This document shows positions 25,770 through 34,387 of a stretch of DNA of 60,623 nt, one piece after another. Positions within the stretch are counted from its first letter, which is position 1; each line of letters starts with the position of its first letter. Made by a program: the position numbers and the translations under genes. Under the pieces are notes generated by a model. The model was not told where the DNA came from. It searched no databases and saw only the letters and a program-made list of their open reading frames with translations. The DNA is from Patescibacteria group bacterium. Lineage in GTDB: Bacteria > Patescibacteriota > Patescibacteriia > JBHPGJ01. The stretch is taken from positions 1 through 60,623 of the forward strand of contig JBHPGJ010000009.1 in the NCBI GenBank assembly GCA_042570545.1. The letters are read 5' to 3'.

Positions 25770-27418
25770 TGAAAGAAGAAAAAAAAGACGAAGTTGTAGC
25801 TTTTGCTCTGACCAACTTCAGAAATGTTAAAAAGAAATTTGGGATATTGCCCGACGACCGACGGCGACATATTTATGTAATTGGAAAAACCGGTATGGGC
25901 AAATCAACATTGATTGAGAATATGATCATTCAGGACATTAGAAATGGTAAAGGGGTTGCGTTGATAGATCCGCTAGGTGATTTGGTTGAAAGAGTAATAA
26001 AATATATACCGGCTGATAGAATAAATGATGTAGTTTATATTAATCCGGCTGATCTGGATCATCCAATTGCCTTCAATGTACTAGAAGCTATTGATCCCAG
26101 TCATCATCATTTGGTTGCTTCCGGGTTGATCGGAGTGTTTAAAAAACTGTGGATTGATTCTTGGGGCCCAAGATTAGAATATGTACTTCGAAATACAATA
26201 TTATCGTTATTAGAATATCCTGGCTCAACTTTATTAGGTGTAACTAGATTATTAGTCGATAAAAAATATCGTCAAAAAGTTGTTGCCAAATTAACTGATC
26301 CAATTATTAAAGCGTTCTGGCTTGACGAATTTAACGCCTACAGTAATCAATTCAGAACCGAGGCGATATCACCAATTCAAAACAAAGTTGGGCAATTTTT
26401 ATCATCACCAGTCATAAGAAATATAGTCGGCCAACCAAAGAGTACCATTGATATGAGAGATATCATGGATAGCGGCAAAATATTATTATTAAATTTATCC
26501 AAAGGCAGGATTGGCGAGGACAATTCTTCATTGTTAGGCGCCATGATGATTACCAAATTACAGTTAGCGGCCATGAGCAGGATAGATACACCAGAAACAA
26601 ATAGACGTGACTTCTATATGTTCGTTGATGAATTCCAAAATTTTGCTACGGAGAGCTTTGCCACAATATTATCAGAAGCAAGAAAATATCGACTTAATAT
26701 ATTAATCGCACATCAATATATTGAACAATTAGACGAAACGGTTCAAGCTGCAGTTTTTGGAAACGTTGGCACGATTGTTGCCTTCCGCATCGGTGCCGCC
26801 GATGCCGAGTTTCTGGTAAAAGAATTTGAACCGATATTTTCTGAAACGGATCTAGTTAATTTAACTAAATATGATGTTTATTTGCGGTTGATGATTGATG
26901 GAGTTGCTTCAGATCCTTTTTCTGCTACCACCTTACCTCCATTAAGTGGAGAAGTGGGTAATCAAGAGAAAATAATACAAGCCTCTCGTGAGCGCTATTC
27001 GAATGATCGTGAAAAAATAGAGGAAAAGATAACACGTTGGTCGGGAGTTGAAGAAACATATAAGGCCACGGCCGAAGAAGATAATTTAGAAGCGAATCGT
27101 CATAATAATATAAGAAAAGCTCAAGCAGAAGATTTACACAGATCAGCTGATAAAAATATTGATTTAAAAAAAATATCACCTGGAAACCTAAAACCAGTAA
27201 TTAATCAACCAGAAAAAGATACAATATCATTAAGTGAGGCTATAAAAACCGGACCGGTATCTTTTAGCGGTAAGAGAAAAAAATCTGATAAAGATCGTAA
27301 CCGAAAAAATAACTATAATCAACCAAGAACTGATAAAAAAAACATTAACAAAAAAGATTTTCAAAATAATTCTTCACAGTTTAAGCCAATATCCCCGGGA
27401 CAAGTAGTAAAATTTTAA
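25769..27418 (+). CDS. VirD4/TraD/TrwB-HerA-like P-loop ATPase
   Basis: DRRRHIYVIGKTGMGKST (Walker A), IDPLGD, FYMFVDEFQNF (Walker B), SEARKY, AHQY, GNVGT; basic low-complexity tail. Confidence 0.88.
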   Translation: MKEEKKDEVVAFALTNFRNVKKKFGILPDDRRRHIYVIGKTGMGKSTLIENMIIQDIRNGKGVALIDPLGDLVERVIKYIPADRINDVVYINPADLDHPIAFNVLEAIDPSHHHLVASGLIGVFKKLWIDSWGPRLEYVLRNTILSLLEYPGSTLLGVTRLLVDKKYRQKVVAKLTDPIIKAFWLDEFNAYSNQFRTEAISPIQNKVGQFLSSPVIRNIVGQPKSTIDMRDIMDSGKILLLNLSKGRIGEDNSSLLGAMMITKLQLAAMSRIDTPETNRRDFYMFVDEFQNFATESFATILSEARKYRLNILIAHQYIEQLDETVQAAVFGNVGTIVAFRIGAADAEFLVKEFEPIFSETDLVNLTKYDVYLRLMIDGVASDPFSATTLPPLSGEVGNQEKIIQASRERYSNDREKIEEKITRWSGVEETYKATAEEDNLEANRHNNIRKAQAEDLHRSADKNIDLKKISPGNLKPVINQPEKDTISLSEAIKTGPVSFSGKRKKSDKDRNRKNNYNQPRTDKKNINKKDFQNNSSQFKPISPGQVVKF

Positions 27419-27452
27419 AGTTATTATCCCCATTGATAAACGTTTTTAATAT

Positions 27453-28514
27453 ATGCCAAAAATGAATAAAAAGGTTTTTCTGGCTATGTCGGGTGGAGTT
27501 GATTCATCGGTGGCGGCTGGCTTGCTACTGGAAAAAGGTTATAGAGTAACAGGAGTATTTATGAAGAATTGGACAGAAAATTTAGCCGGTGCGTGTCCTT
27601 GGGAAATTGACGAACAAGACGTCCGATTAGTATGTGGTCAATTGGGTATTAATTATCACGTTTATAATTTTGAAAAGGAATATAAAAGGCAAGTATTAAA
27701 TTATTTTTTTAGTGAATATAAATCAGGTCGTACACCGAATCCTGATGTACTATGCAATAGCAAAATAAAATTTAAAGAATTTCTGAATAAGGCCATGAAA
27801 CACGGTGCAGATTATATTGCTACCGGACACTATGTAAGAAAGTTAAATAATAAACTACTTAAGGGGACAGATGATAATAAGGATCAATCATACTTTTTAT
27901 GGCAGTTAAATAATAAACAAATTAATAAATCGTTATTTCCGGTTGGGCACTTAACAAAAGATAAGATCAGAAAATTAGCAAAAAAATGGTCTTTACCAAA
28001 CGCAAAAAAACCCGATAGTCAAGGCATATGTTTTATAGGCGATATCGACGTAGCAGATTTTCTACGAAATCATATAAAAATGAAAAGAGGAGAAATATTA
28101 ACTAGCGATGGCAAGTTCATTGGCTTCCATGATGGAATAATGTTTTATACTATTGGGCAAAGACACGGACTGGGTGTTGGTGGTGGCATACCGTATTATG
28201 TAATAAATAAAGATATAAAAAATAATACTTTGATTGTTGGACACGGCAATCGCGATCAAGCTTTATATAATAAAAAATTAACAGCTAATAAAACTAATTG
28301 GTTAATTAAACCTAAAAAAATATTATTTGATGCTAAAGTTAAGATTAGATATCGCCAACCAGATCAGGCGGCAAAGATAAAAATAAAGAATAATCAATTA
28401 CAGGTGGAATTTTATAAACCACAGAGGGCGATTACACCTGGTCAATCATTAGTAATATATAAGGGCAAAGCTTTAATCGGTGGAGCGGTAATAAATAAAG
28501 CACTAAAAACTTGA
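27453..28514 (+). CDS. mnmA: tRNA 2-thiouridylase MnmA
   Basis: AMSGGVDSS, RTPNPDVLCN, ATGHY, KDQSYFL, DSQGICFIG, TIGQR, PGQ. Confidence 0.98.
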   Translation: MPKMNKKVFLAMSGGVDSSVAAGLLLEKGYRVTGVFMKNWTENLAGACPWEIDEQDVRLVCGQLGINYHVYNFEKEYKRQVLNYFFSEYKSGRTPNPDVLCNSKIKFKEFLNKAMKHGADYIATGHYVRKLNNKLLKGTDDNKDQSYFLWQLNNKQINKSLFPVGHLTKDKIRKLAKKWSLPNAKKPDSQGICFIGDIDVADFLRNHIKMKRGEILTSDGKFIGFHDGIMFYTIGQRHGLGVGGGIPYYVINKDIKNNTLIVGHGNRDQALYNKKLTANKTNWLIKPKKILFDAKVKIRYRQPDQAAKIKIKNNQLQVEFYKPQRAITPGQSLVIYKGKALIGGAVINKALKT

Positions 28515-28538
28515 ATAATTGTACTTAACTGCTAAAAT
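28511..28538 (+). promoter_or_regulatory. Putative promoter for alaS (very short leader)
   Basis: TTGAAT (28511-28516), 16 bp spacer, TGc-TAAAAT (28533-28538), 9 nt before the ATG. Confidence 0.5.
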
Positions 28539-28547
28539 AATGCCACT

Positions 28548-30368
28548 ATGAAGGCTCAAGAACTAAGAAAAATATTTCTAAAATATTTTGCTGGACACGA
28601 TCACGCAGTTGTGAAATCATCAACGCTGATACCCAATAATGATCCCTCGGTATTATTAACCACTGCTGGTATGCAGCAATTTTTACCATATTTTACCGGC
28701 AAGGCAGATCCTAAAAAAGATTTTAAAAATATTAATTGTACGTCAGTTCAAAAATGTTTTCGCACATCAGATATTGATTCGGTAGGTGATATAGCGCATT
28801 TAACATTTTTTGAGATGTTGGGTAATTTTTCTTTTGGCGGTTATTTTAAAGAGGGAGCGATAGATTTTGCGATGCAATTTTTGGTTAAAGAGATTGGCCT
28901 GAAAGAAAGAAAATTATGGGCCACGGTATTTTCTGGTGATGAGGAAATTGATGAAGATATTGAAGCGATAAAATTTTGGCAGAAGCATATTGACAAAGAT
29001 AAAATTAGCGTATTTGGACGTGAAGAAAATTGGTGGGGCCCGACCGGAAAAACAGGACCCTGTGGCCCGTCATCAGAAGTGCATTATGATTTAACTGGTC
29101 GACCATGTGATAAAAAGAAAAAATGTATACCCAATTGCAACTGTGGCCGTTTTATTGAGGTATGGAATTTAGTTTTTATGCAATATAACAAGGACCGAAG
29201 TGGTAGCTACAAATCTTTGTCTAAGGGGCAAATTGACACCGGCATGGGATTAGAGAGAGTATTAACGGTGGTTAATGAAAAATCATCGATTTTTGATACC
29301 GACGTTTTTAATCCACTAGTTGAAAAGATAAAATCAGATTCAAATTTTGCATTTGAAGGAGTGAATAAGAGAATCAGAATAGTAGCTGATCATATAAAAG
29401 GTACAATATTTTTAATTAGTGATGATGTCTTGTTTAGCAATAAAGAACAGGGTTATATCATGAGAAGAATATTTAGAAGAGCGATTGATCAATTTAGGGA
29501 ATTACCAGTCAATATGTCAGAGTATGTTGAAGTCGTTATAGATATGTATAAATCATCATATCCTGAATTAAAGCAAAAACAAAAACACATAATTGATACC
29601 ATGAACAGGGAAATAGAGACGTATAAAAAAATAGTTAATATGAAAATTGAAGAAGTCTATAAGAACATTCAACAAAAAAAGAAAAAAACTAAATTGGCTG
29701 GCCGGGAGGGCCCAACCGCAAGAAAAATTAGTGCCGAAGAAGCATTTCAATTATATTCTACTTATGGTTTTTCTTTAAATAGACTCAAAGAAGAAGGATA
29801 TGAATTTGATGAAAAAGAATTTACCAATCAAATTGATGAACACAAAGAAATATCAAAAAAAGGTTCAGCAAAAAAATTTGGCGGCCATGGGATTGATGAT
29901 GAATCGATTTGGGATCCAAAAGAATTAGAGATTATGAAAATTTATCATACCGCCACTCATTTATTGCACGAAGCCTTAAGACGGGTGTTGGGGAAACACG
30001 TGAAACAAGAGGGCTCAGATATTAATCCCCATAGACTAAGGTTTGATTTTCAACATCCATCAAAATTAACTGATGCGGAAATTAAAAGTATTGAACGCAT
30101 TATTAATGAACAAATCTCTAAGAAATACGAAGTAAGTCATCGGGAAATGTCTTACGAAGATGCAATTGCTAGCGGTGCTTTAGCATTTTTTAAAGAAAAA
30201 TATCCTAAAAAAGTTACGGTATATTCGTTAGGCGATTTCAGTAAAGAAATTTGTGGTGGTCCCCACGTATCAAATACGGGCGAGATAAAAGGAAATTTTA
30301 AGATAACCTCAGAAAAGAGTAACGCTGCTGGGATAAGAAGAATAAAAGCAATAGTAGAACAATCTTGA
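28548..30368 (+). CDS. alaS: Alanine-tRNA ligase, short form without C-Ala domain
   Basis: TTAGMQQF, HLTFFEMLGNFSFG, GPCGPSSE, IDTGMGLER, editing motifs HTATHLLH and EICGGPHV, ends GIRRIKA. Confidence 0.97.
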   Translation: MKAQELRKIFLKYFAGHDHAVVKSSTLIPNNDPSVLLTTAGMQQFLPYFTGKADPKKDFKNINCTSVQKCFRTSDIDSVGDIAHLTFFEMLGNFSFGGYFKEGAIDFAMQFLVKEIGLKERKLWATVFSGDEEIDEDIEAIKFWQKHIDKDKISVFGREENWWGPTGKTGPCGPSSEVHYDLTGRPCDKKKKCIPNCNCGRFIEVWNLVFMQYNKDRSGSYKSLSKGQIDTGMGLERVLTVVNEKSSIFDTDVFNPLVEKIKSDSNFAFEGVNKRIRIVADHIKGTIFLISDDVLFSNKEQGYIMRRIFRRAIDQFRELPVNMSEYVEVVIDMYKSSYPELKQKQKHIIDTMNREIETYKKIVNMKIEEVYKNIQQKKKKTKLAGREGPTARKISAEEAFQLYSTYGFSLNRLKEEGYEFDEKEFTNQIDEHKEISKKGSAKKFGGHGIDDESIWDPKELEIMKIYHTATHLLHEALRRVLGKHVKQEGSDINPHRLRFDFQHPSKLTDAEIKSIERIINEQISKKYEVSHREMSYEDAIASGALAFFKEKYPKKVTVYSLGDFSKEICGGPHVSNTGEIKGNFKITSEKSNAAGIRRIKAIVEQS

Positions 30369-30393
30369 CAATCATAGACAGGATGTATATAAT
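30365..30393 (+). promoter_or_regulatory. Perfect consensus sigma70 promoter for the infA/alpha operon
   Basis: TTGACA (30365-30370), 17 bp spacer, TATAAT (30388-30393). Confidence 0.88.
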
Positions 30394-30399
30394 TCGGCT

Positions 30400-30540
30400 G
30401 ATACTTCAAGCATTAGTGAAGCCGTGAACTATTTTACTAGTGTTAGCCACAAAAAAGCTAATCACCTTGGTAAAAAATCGTTGAACCTGCAAAATAAATA
30501 GCAGAAAAATTCGTGGCTTGAGTAGCTACGTTTTTGTTTA
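30400..30540 (+). ncRNA. Putative structured attenuator leader (or stand-alone sRNA) upstream of infA
   Basis: Four hairpins, the last being an intrinsic terminator; AGCCAC (30445-30450) is complementary to the terminator arm GTGGCT (30513-30518). Confidence 0.6.
30512..30539 (+). terminator. Intrinsic terminator within the infA leader
   Basis: CGTGGCT-TGAGT-AGCTACG followed directly by TTTTTGTTT. Confidence 0.65.
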
Positions 30541-30548
30541 AGTAATAT

Positions 30549-30791
30549 ATGACAGATAATAAATCTTCATTTTCAAAAAATGATAAAGGGTTTATAGAAG
30601 TAACTGGTGAAGTTTTCGACTTGTTGCCAAATACAACTTTCAAAGTAAAGCTTGAAAATGGCCACGAAATTTTGGCACATTTATCAGGTAAAATGAGAAT
30701 GAATCGAATTAAAATTTTACCAGGGGACAAAGTTACTATTCAAATGAGTCCCTATGATTTAACCAAAGGTCGTATAACATATAGGAATTAA
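30549..30791 (+). CDS. infA: Translation initiation factor IF-1
   Basis: [37 protein letters not shown]...[13 protein letters not shown]. Confidence 0.98.
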   Translation: MTDNKSSFSKNDKGFIEVTGEVFDLLPNTTFKVKLENGHEILAHLSGKMRMNRIKILPGDKVTIQMSPYDLTKGRITYRN

Positions 30792-30792
30792 A

Positions 30793-30906
30793 ATGAAAGT
30801 CAGATCATCAGTAAAAAAAATTTGTAAAAACTGCAAGATTGTGAAGCGCGGAAAAAGACTATATGTAATATGTGACAATCCCAAGCATAAGCAAAGACAA
30901 GGATAA
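30793..30906 (+). CDS. rpmJ: 50S ribosomal protein L36, zinc-ribbon form (too short for the ORF track)
   Basis: Translated by hand: [37 protein letters not shown]. Confidence 0.98.
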   Translation: MKVRSSVKKICKNCKIVKRGKRLYVICDNPKHKQRQG

Positions 30907-30908
30907 AT

Positions 30909-31301
30909 ATGGCAATAAGATTAGCCGGTATAACATTACCTAAAAAGAAGAGAATTGAAATTGCCCTTACTTATGTTTATGGCATTGGCAGGAATTTATC
31001 AAAAAAAATATTAATTCAAGCCGAAATTAATCCAAATATTAAAACGGATGATCTGCCGGAAGAAGATGTTAGTAAATTACGTGAGGTTATTGAGGGTAAG
31101 TTTAAAGTCGAGGGAGAACTACGACGCGATACTTTATCGAATATTAAAAGATTAAAAGAAATTTCCTCTTACCGCGGAAGTAGACACGCAAAGAGTTTAC
31201 CGGTACGCGGCCAACGAACTAAAACTAATTCGAGAACCGTTCGTGGCAATGTACGAAGAACCATGGGCTCGGGAAGAAAACCGTCAGCTGAAAAAACTTA
31301 A
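30909..31301 (+). CDS. rpsM: 30S ribosomal protein S13
   Basis: IALTYVYGIG, YRGSRH..LPVRGQRTKTNSRT. Confidence 0.98.
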   Translation: MAIRLAGITLPKKKRIEIALTYVYGIGRNLSKKILIQAEINPNIKTDDLPEEDVSKLREVIEGKFKVEGELRRDTLSNIKRLKEISSYRGSRHAKSLPVRGQRTKTNSRTVRGNVRRTMGSGRKPSAEKT

Positions 31302-31304
31302 TAT

Positions 31305-31757
31305 ATGAACGAAAAAGTGAAAACTGAAGGTAATTTAAAACCAGACACTAAAAAAGGTGATAAAGTTGGTGCTAAGTCAAAAACTTCCAAAAAGAAAAAA
31401 CGGAAAAGATTAGTGACTCATGGTCGTGCTTATATTTTAGCCACTTATAATAATACAATCATTACCTTTACTGACTCAGGTGGCGATGTCTTAGCACAAT
31501 CATCAGCTGGACGCGTAGGTTTCAAAGGACCAAAAAAGGCTACACCGTATGCAGCCGGAGTTATTGTTCGCGATGCAGCTGAAAAGCTGAGTGATTATGG
31601 GTTAAAGTATGTTGATGTATTTGTGCGTGGAGTGGGATCTGGACGCGAGGCGGCCGTAAGAGCTCTGGGAATAAATAATTTAGTGGTTATGAGTATTAAA
31701 GATATTACACCAATTCCTCATAATGGACCCAGACCACGTAAACCAAGGAGAGTATAG
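31305..31757 (+). CDS. rpsK: 30S ribosomal protein S11 (Lys-rich N-terminal extension)
   Basis: YNNTIIT, GFKGPKKATPYAA, DITPIPHNGPRPRKPRRV. Confidence 0.98.
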   Translation: MNEKVKTEGNLKPDTKKGDKVGAKSKTSKKKKRKRLVTHGRAYILATYNNTIITFTDSGGDVLAQSSAGRVGFKGPKKATPYAAGVIVRDAAEKLSDYGLKYVDVFVRGVGSGREAAVRALGINNLVVMSIKDITPIPHNGPRPRKPRRV

Positions 31758-31759
31758 TA

Positions 31760-32371
31760 ATGGCTAGGTACACAGGATCAAAATGTAAACAATGCCGACG
31801 AGCCGGGGAAAAGGTGTGTAATTCAGCAAAGTGTGGAACTATAAAAAGAAATTACCCGCCAGGAGTTCACGGACCGAAAAATGTACAACGTTTATCAGAT
31901 TATGGCACCCAATTAAGAGAGAAGCAAAAGACTAAGCATATTTATAGAATTCTTGAAAAACAGTTTAGAAGATATTTTCAAAATGCCACCAAGGCGGAAG
32001 GTGATGCCGGTGAAAATCTTTTACGCTTATTAGAATCACGTTTAGACAATGTTGTTTTTCGTTTAGGTTTTGCTGACACACGCGATGGCGCTAGACAATA
32101 TATAAAGCATAAACATATAGCGATTGATGGCAAAAAAGTGTCGATACCATCGTATAATGTTAAACCAGGTCAAAAAATTAATATTGTTAGTTCAAGTACC
32201 AATAAGCAGATATTCAAGGATCTGGCTAAGACAATGGCAAAAAAACAGGTTCCTGGTTGGTTAGAACTCAAACCAAAGGATAAAGAGGGAATAGTCAAAC
32301 ACTTACCTCAAAAAGACGATTTAAATGTCGGCGTTGATTCGCAGTTAATCGTTGAGTATTACTCAAGATAA
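31760..32371 (+). CDS. rpsD: 30S ribosomal protein S4
   Basis: MARYTG..CKQCRR, QLREKQK, LESRLDNVVFRLG, IVEYYSR. Confidence 0.98.
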   Translation: MARYTGSKCKQCRRAGEKVCNSAKCGTIKRNYPPGVHGPKNVQRLSDYGTQLREKQKTKHIYRILEKQFRRYFQNATKAEGDAGENLLRLLESRLDNVVFRLGFADTRDGARQYIKHKHIAIDGKKVSIPSYNVKPGQKINIVSSSTNKQIFKDLAKTMAKKQVPGWLELKPKDKEGIVKHLPQKDDLNVGVDSQLIVEYYSR

Positions 32372-32387
32372 TTAAATATTAATAAAT

Positions 32388-33143
32388 ATGGAAAATATAC
32401 TTTTACCAAATTCGACAAACATCACTGAAGATGAAAAAAATACAGCTACGATAACTATTGAACCATTGTATCCAGGCTATGGAACAACAGTAGGTAATGC
32501 TCTTCGTCGGGTTATGCTGTCTTCCTTACCCGGTGCGGCTGTTACCTCAGTTAAAATAATTGGTGTTGATCATGAGTTCTCAACAATTGATTTTGTTAAA
32601 GAAGATGTGGTTGAAATTATTCTTAATCTGAAAAAATTGAATTTTAAACTCAAGGGCGATGAGGCGGTAAAAGCAAATTTGAAAATTAGTAGCGTTAAAA
32701 AAGTTACTGGTAAAGAAATAAAATTGCCAACACAAGCGACTTTAATAAATACGGATCAACACATTGCTACAGTAACTGATGCTAAAAGTAAATTAGAAAT
32801 GGAGTTAACGATTGAAAATGGTCGTGGTTATGTACCTATAGAAACTCGGGACAAGGAAAAACAGGAGATTGGCAACATCGCCATTGATGCCATCTATACA
32901 CCCGTAAGAAATGTTAATTTTGAAAACGAACATGTTAGGGTTGGTCAGTTTACAAATTATGATAGGTTAAAATTGCAAGTTAAAACCGATGGTACGATTA
33001 CACCAACCGAGGCACTGTCACAAGCTACTAATCTCTTGATAGATCATTTCAAGGCGATAGAAGAAAATTCTAAGAGTAAAAATGATACCAAGGGGAAGAA
33101 AGATACAGTTAAAAAACCAGAAGTAAAGAACGTCGAACAATAA
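32388..33143 (+). CDS. rpoA: RNA polymerase subunit alpha, N-terminal domain only
   Basis: IEPLYPGYGTTVGNALRRVMLSSLPGAA, HEFSTI, GRGYVP, IDAIYTPV, RVGQFTNYDRL; 251 aa. Confidence 0.96.
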   Translation: MENILLPNSTNITEDEKNTATITIEPLYPGYGTTVGNALRRVMLSSLPGAAVTSVKIIGVDHEFSTIDFVKEDVVEIILNLKKLNFKLKGDEAVKANLKISSVKKVTGKEIKLPTQATLINTDQHIATVTDAKSKLEMELTIENGRGYVPIETRDKEKQEIGNIAIDAIYTPVRNVNFENEHVRVGQFTNYDRLKLQVKTDGTITPTEALSQATNLLIDHFKAIEENSKSKNDTKGKKDTVKKPEVKNVEQ

Positions 33144-33500
33144 ATGCGTCATAGAATTAAAAAGAAAACATTAAAGAGAAAAAGCGATCAAAGAAAGCTT
33201 TTGCTACGCACGATGGTAAACCAGTTTTTGAAAAATGGGTCAATAAAAACGACTTTAGTTAAAGGACGGGTTATTAAAAGTAAGGCCGAGCACTTGATAA
33301 AAGTTGGCATGACCAATGATTTAAATCATCGACGTAGACTTATTAAAGTAACTAACAATCCAAAGTTAGCCAACACAATAATAAATGAAATTAGTCCGAA
33401 ATACAAAGATCAAAAGGGTGGCTATTGTAGGTTGGTTAAAACCGGAAAAAGAAAAGGTGACGCTGCTATGACTGTTAAAATTAGTTTAATAGATAAATAA
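33144..33500 (+). CDS. rplQ: 50S ribosomal protein L17
   Basis: MRHR, IKTT, GGYCRL, RKGDAA. Confidence 0.95.
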   Translation: MRHRIKKKTLKRKSDQRKLLLRTMVNQFLKNGSIKTTLVKGRVIKSKAEHLIKVGMTNDLNHRRRLIKVTNNPKLANTIINEISPKYKDQKGGYCRLVKTGKRKGDAAMTVKISLIDK

Positions 33501-33501
33501 T

Positions 33502-33885
33502 TTGGATAAAAATATTGAAAATAAAATTACGGTTGATGCCAGCGGTCAAGCACTGGGAAGGTTAGCTACGAAATTAACACTATTATTGAGAGGGAAAGAC
33601 CTGCCAAATTGGAGACCAAACGTTGTAGTTAATAGAAAAATTGAGGTAATTAATCTCAAGGATATTAAATTTACGGCTAAAAAGGGCAAAGAATTATATT
33701 ACCGGCACAGTGGTTACCCCGGTGGATTGAAATCAATTAGCATGAAAGATCTTTGGAATAAAGACCAAGAATCTTTTTTACGTAAAGTAGTTACAGCTAT
33801 GTTACCGACTAATCGTTTGCGAAAACAATATATGAAAAATTTAATAATTATATCGAATGACAACAACACCGAAAAAGACAACTAG
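33502..33885 (+). CDS. rplM: 50S ribosomal protein L13 (compact, TTG start)
   Basis: VDASGQALGRLAT, LRGK, YYRHSGYPGGLK, MLP. Confidence 0.95.
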   Translation: MDKNIENKITVDASGQALGRLATKLTLLLRGKDLPNWRPNVVVNRKIEVINLKDIKFTAKKGKELYYRHSGYPGGLKSISMKDLWNKDQESFLRKVVTAMLPTNRLRKQYMKNLIIISNDNNTEKDN

Positions 33886-34375
33886 TAAAAAGGAAGTGAA
33901 AAAATTGAAAAAGATTGTAAAAAAGTCAAAAAGTATTGATGAAAAATTAATCTCTGATGTGGTTGAAAAAAAGAAAACTATCAGACGCAATTATATTTAT
34001 GCAGTTGGCCGTAGAAAGTCCGCTATCGCTCGAGCCAGATATTATCGAAAAGGATCAGGAGATATAATTGTAAACAATAAGTCGGTTGACGAATATTTTC
34101 CATTTAATTTTTATCGACAATCAGTCCAGGCGCCAATGAAGTTAATAGATGACAAACTTGAAGGTGATTTTACCATAAGGGTCCACGGCGGTGGTCCCCA
34201 GGGACAAGTAGAGGCTATTAGACTAAGTATTGCCCGATTGTTAGTTAAGATAAACAAGGATTTTCGTAGCCCATTAAAAAGAGCTGGGTATCTGAAGCGT
34301 GATCCAAGAATAAAAGAACGAAAAAAATACGGGCTAAAACGTGCTCGACGTGCGCCACAGTGGCAAAAGCGTTAA
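33857..34375 (+). CDS. rpsI: 30S ribosomal protein S9 (Lys-rich N-terminal extension)
   Basis: GRRKSAIAR, GGGPQGQ, RDPRIKERKKYGLKRARRAPQWQKR. Confidence 0.98.
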   Translation: MTTTPKKTTSKKEVKKLKKIVKKSKSIDEKLISDVVEKKKTIRRNYIYAVGRRKSAIARARYYRKGSGDIIVNNKSVDEYFPFNFYRQSVQAPMKLIDDKLEGDFTIRVHGGGPQGQVEAIRLSIARLLVKINKDFRSPLKRAGYLKRDPRIKERKKYGLKRARRAPQWQKR

Positions 34376-34387
34376 TTAAGTTTCTTA

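Noticed and set aside
24375-27418. Integrative conjugative element
   Set aside because: No relaxase, integrase, mating-pair genes, flanking repeats or obvious compositional shift.
27424-27432. DnaA-box-like TTATCCCCA upstream of mnmA
   Set aside because: Single one-mismatch copy with no cluster and no dnaA; not evidence for oriC.
30400-30540. T-box, tRNA, SRP RNA, tmRNA or a known riboswitch
   Set aside because: No T-box TGGNACC consensus, cloverleaf/TTCGA arm, SRP GGAA-AGCAG loop or known aptamer consensus seen by eye; it lies downstream of alaS, not upstream. An Rfam scan is still needed.
30458-30730. 90-aa minus-strand ORF over infA and its leader
   Set aside because: Antisense shadow of infA with no recognisable motif.
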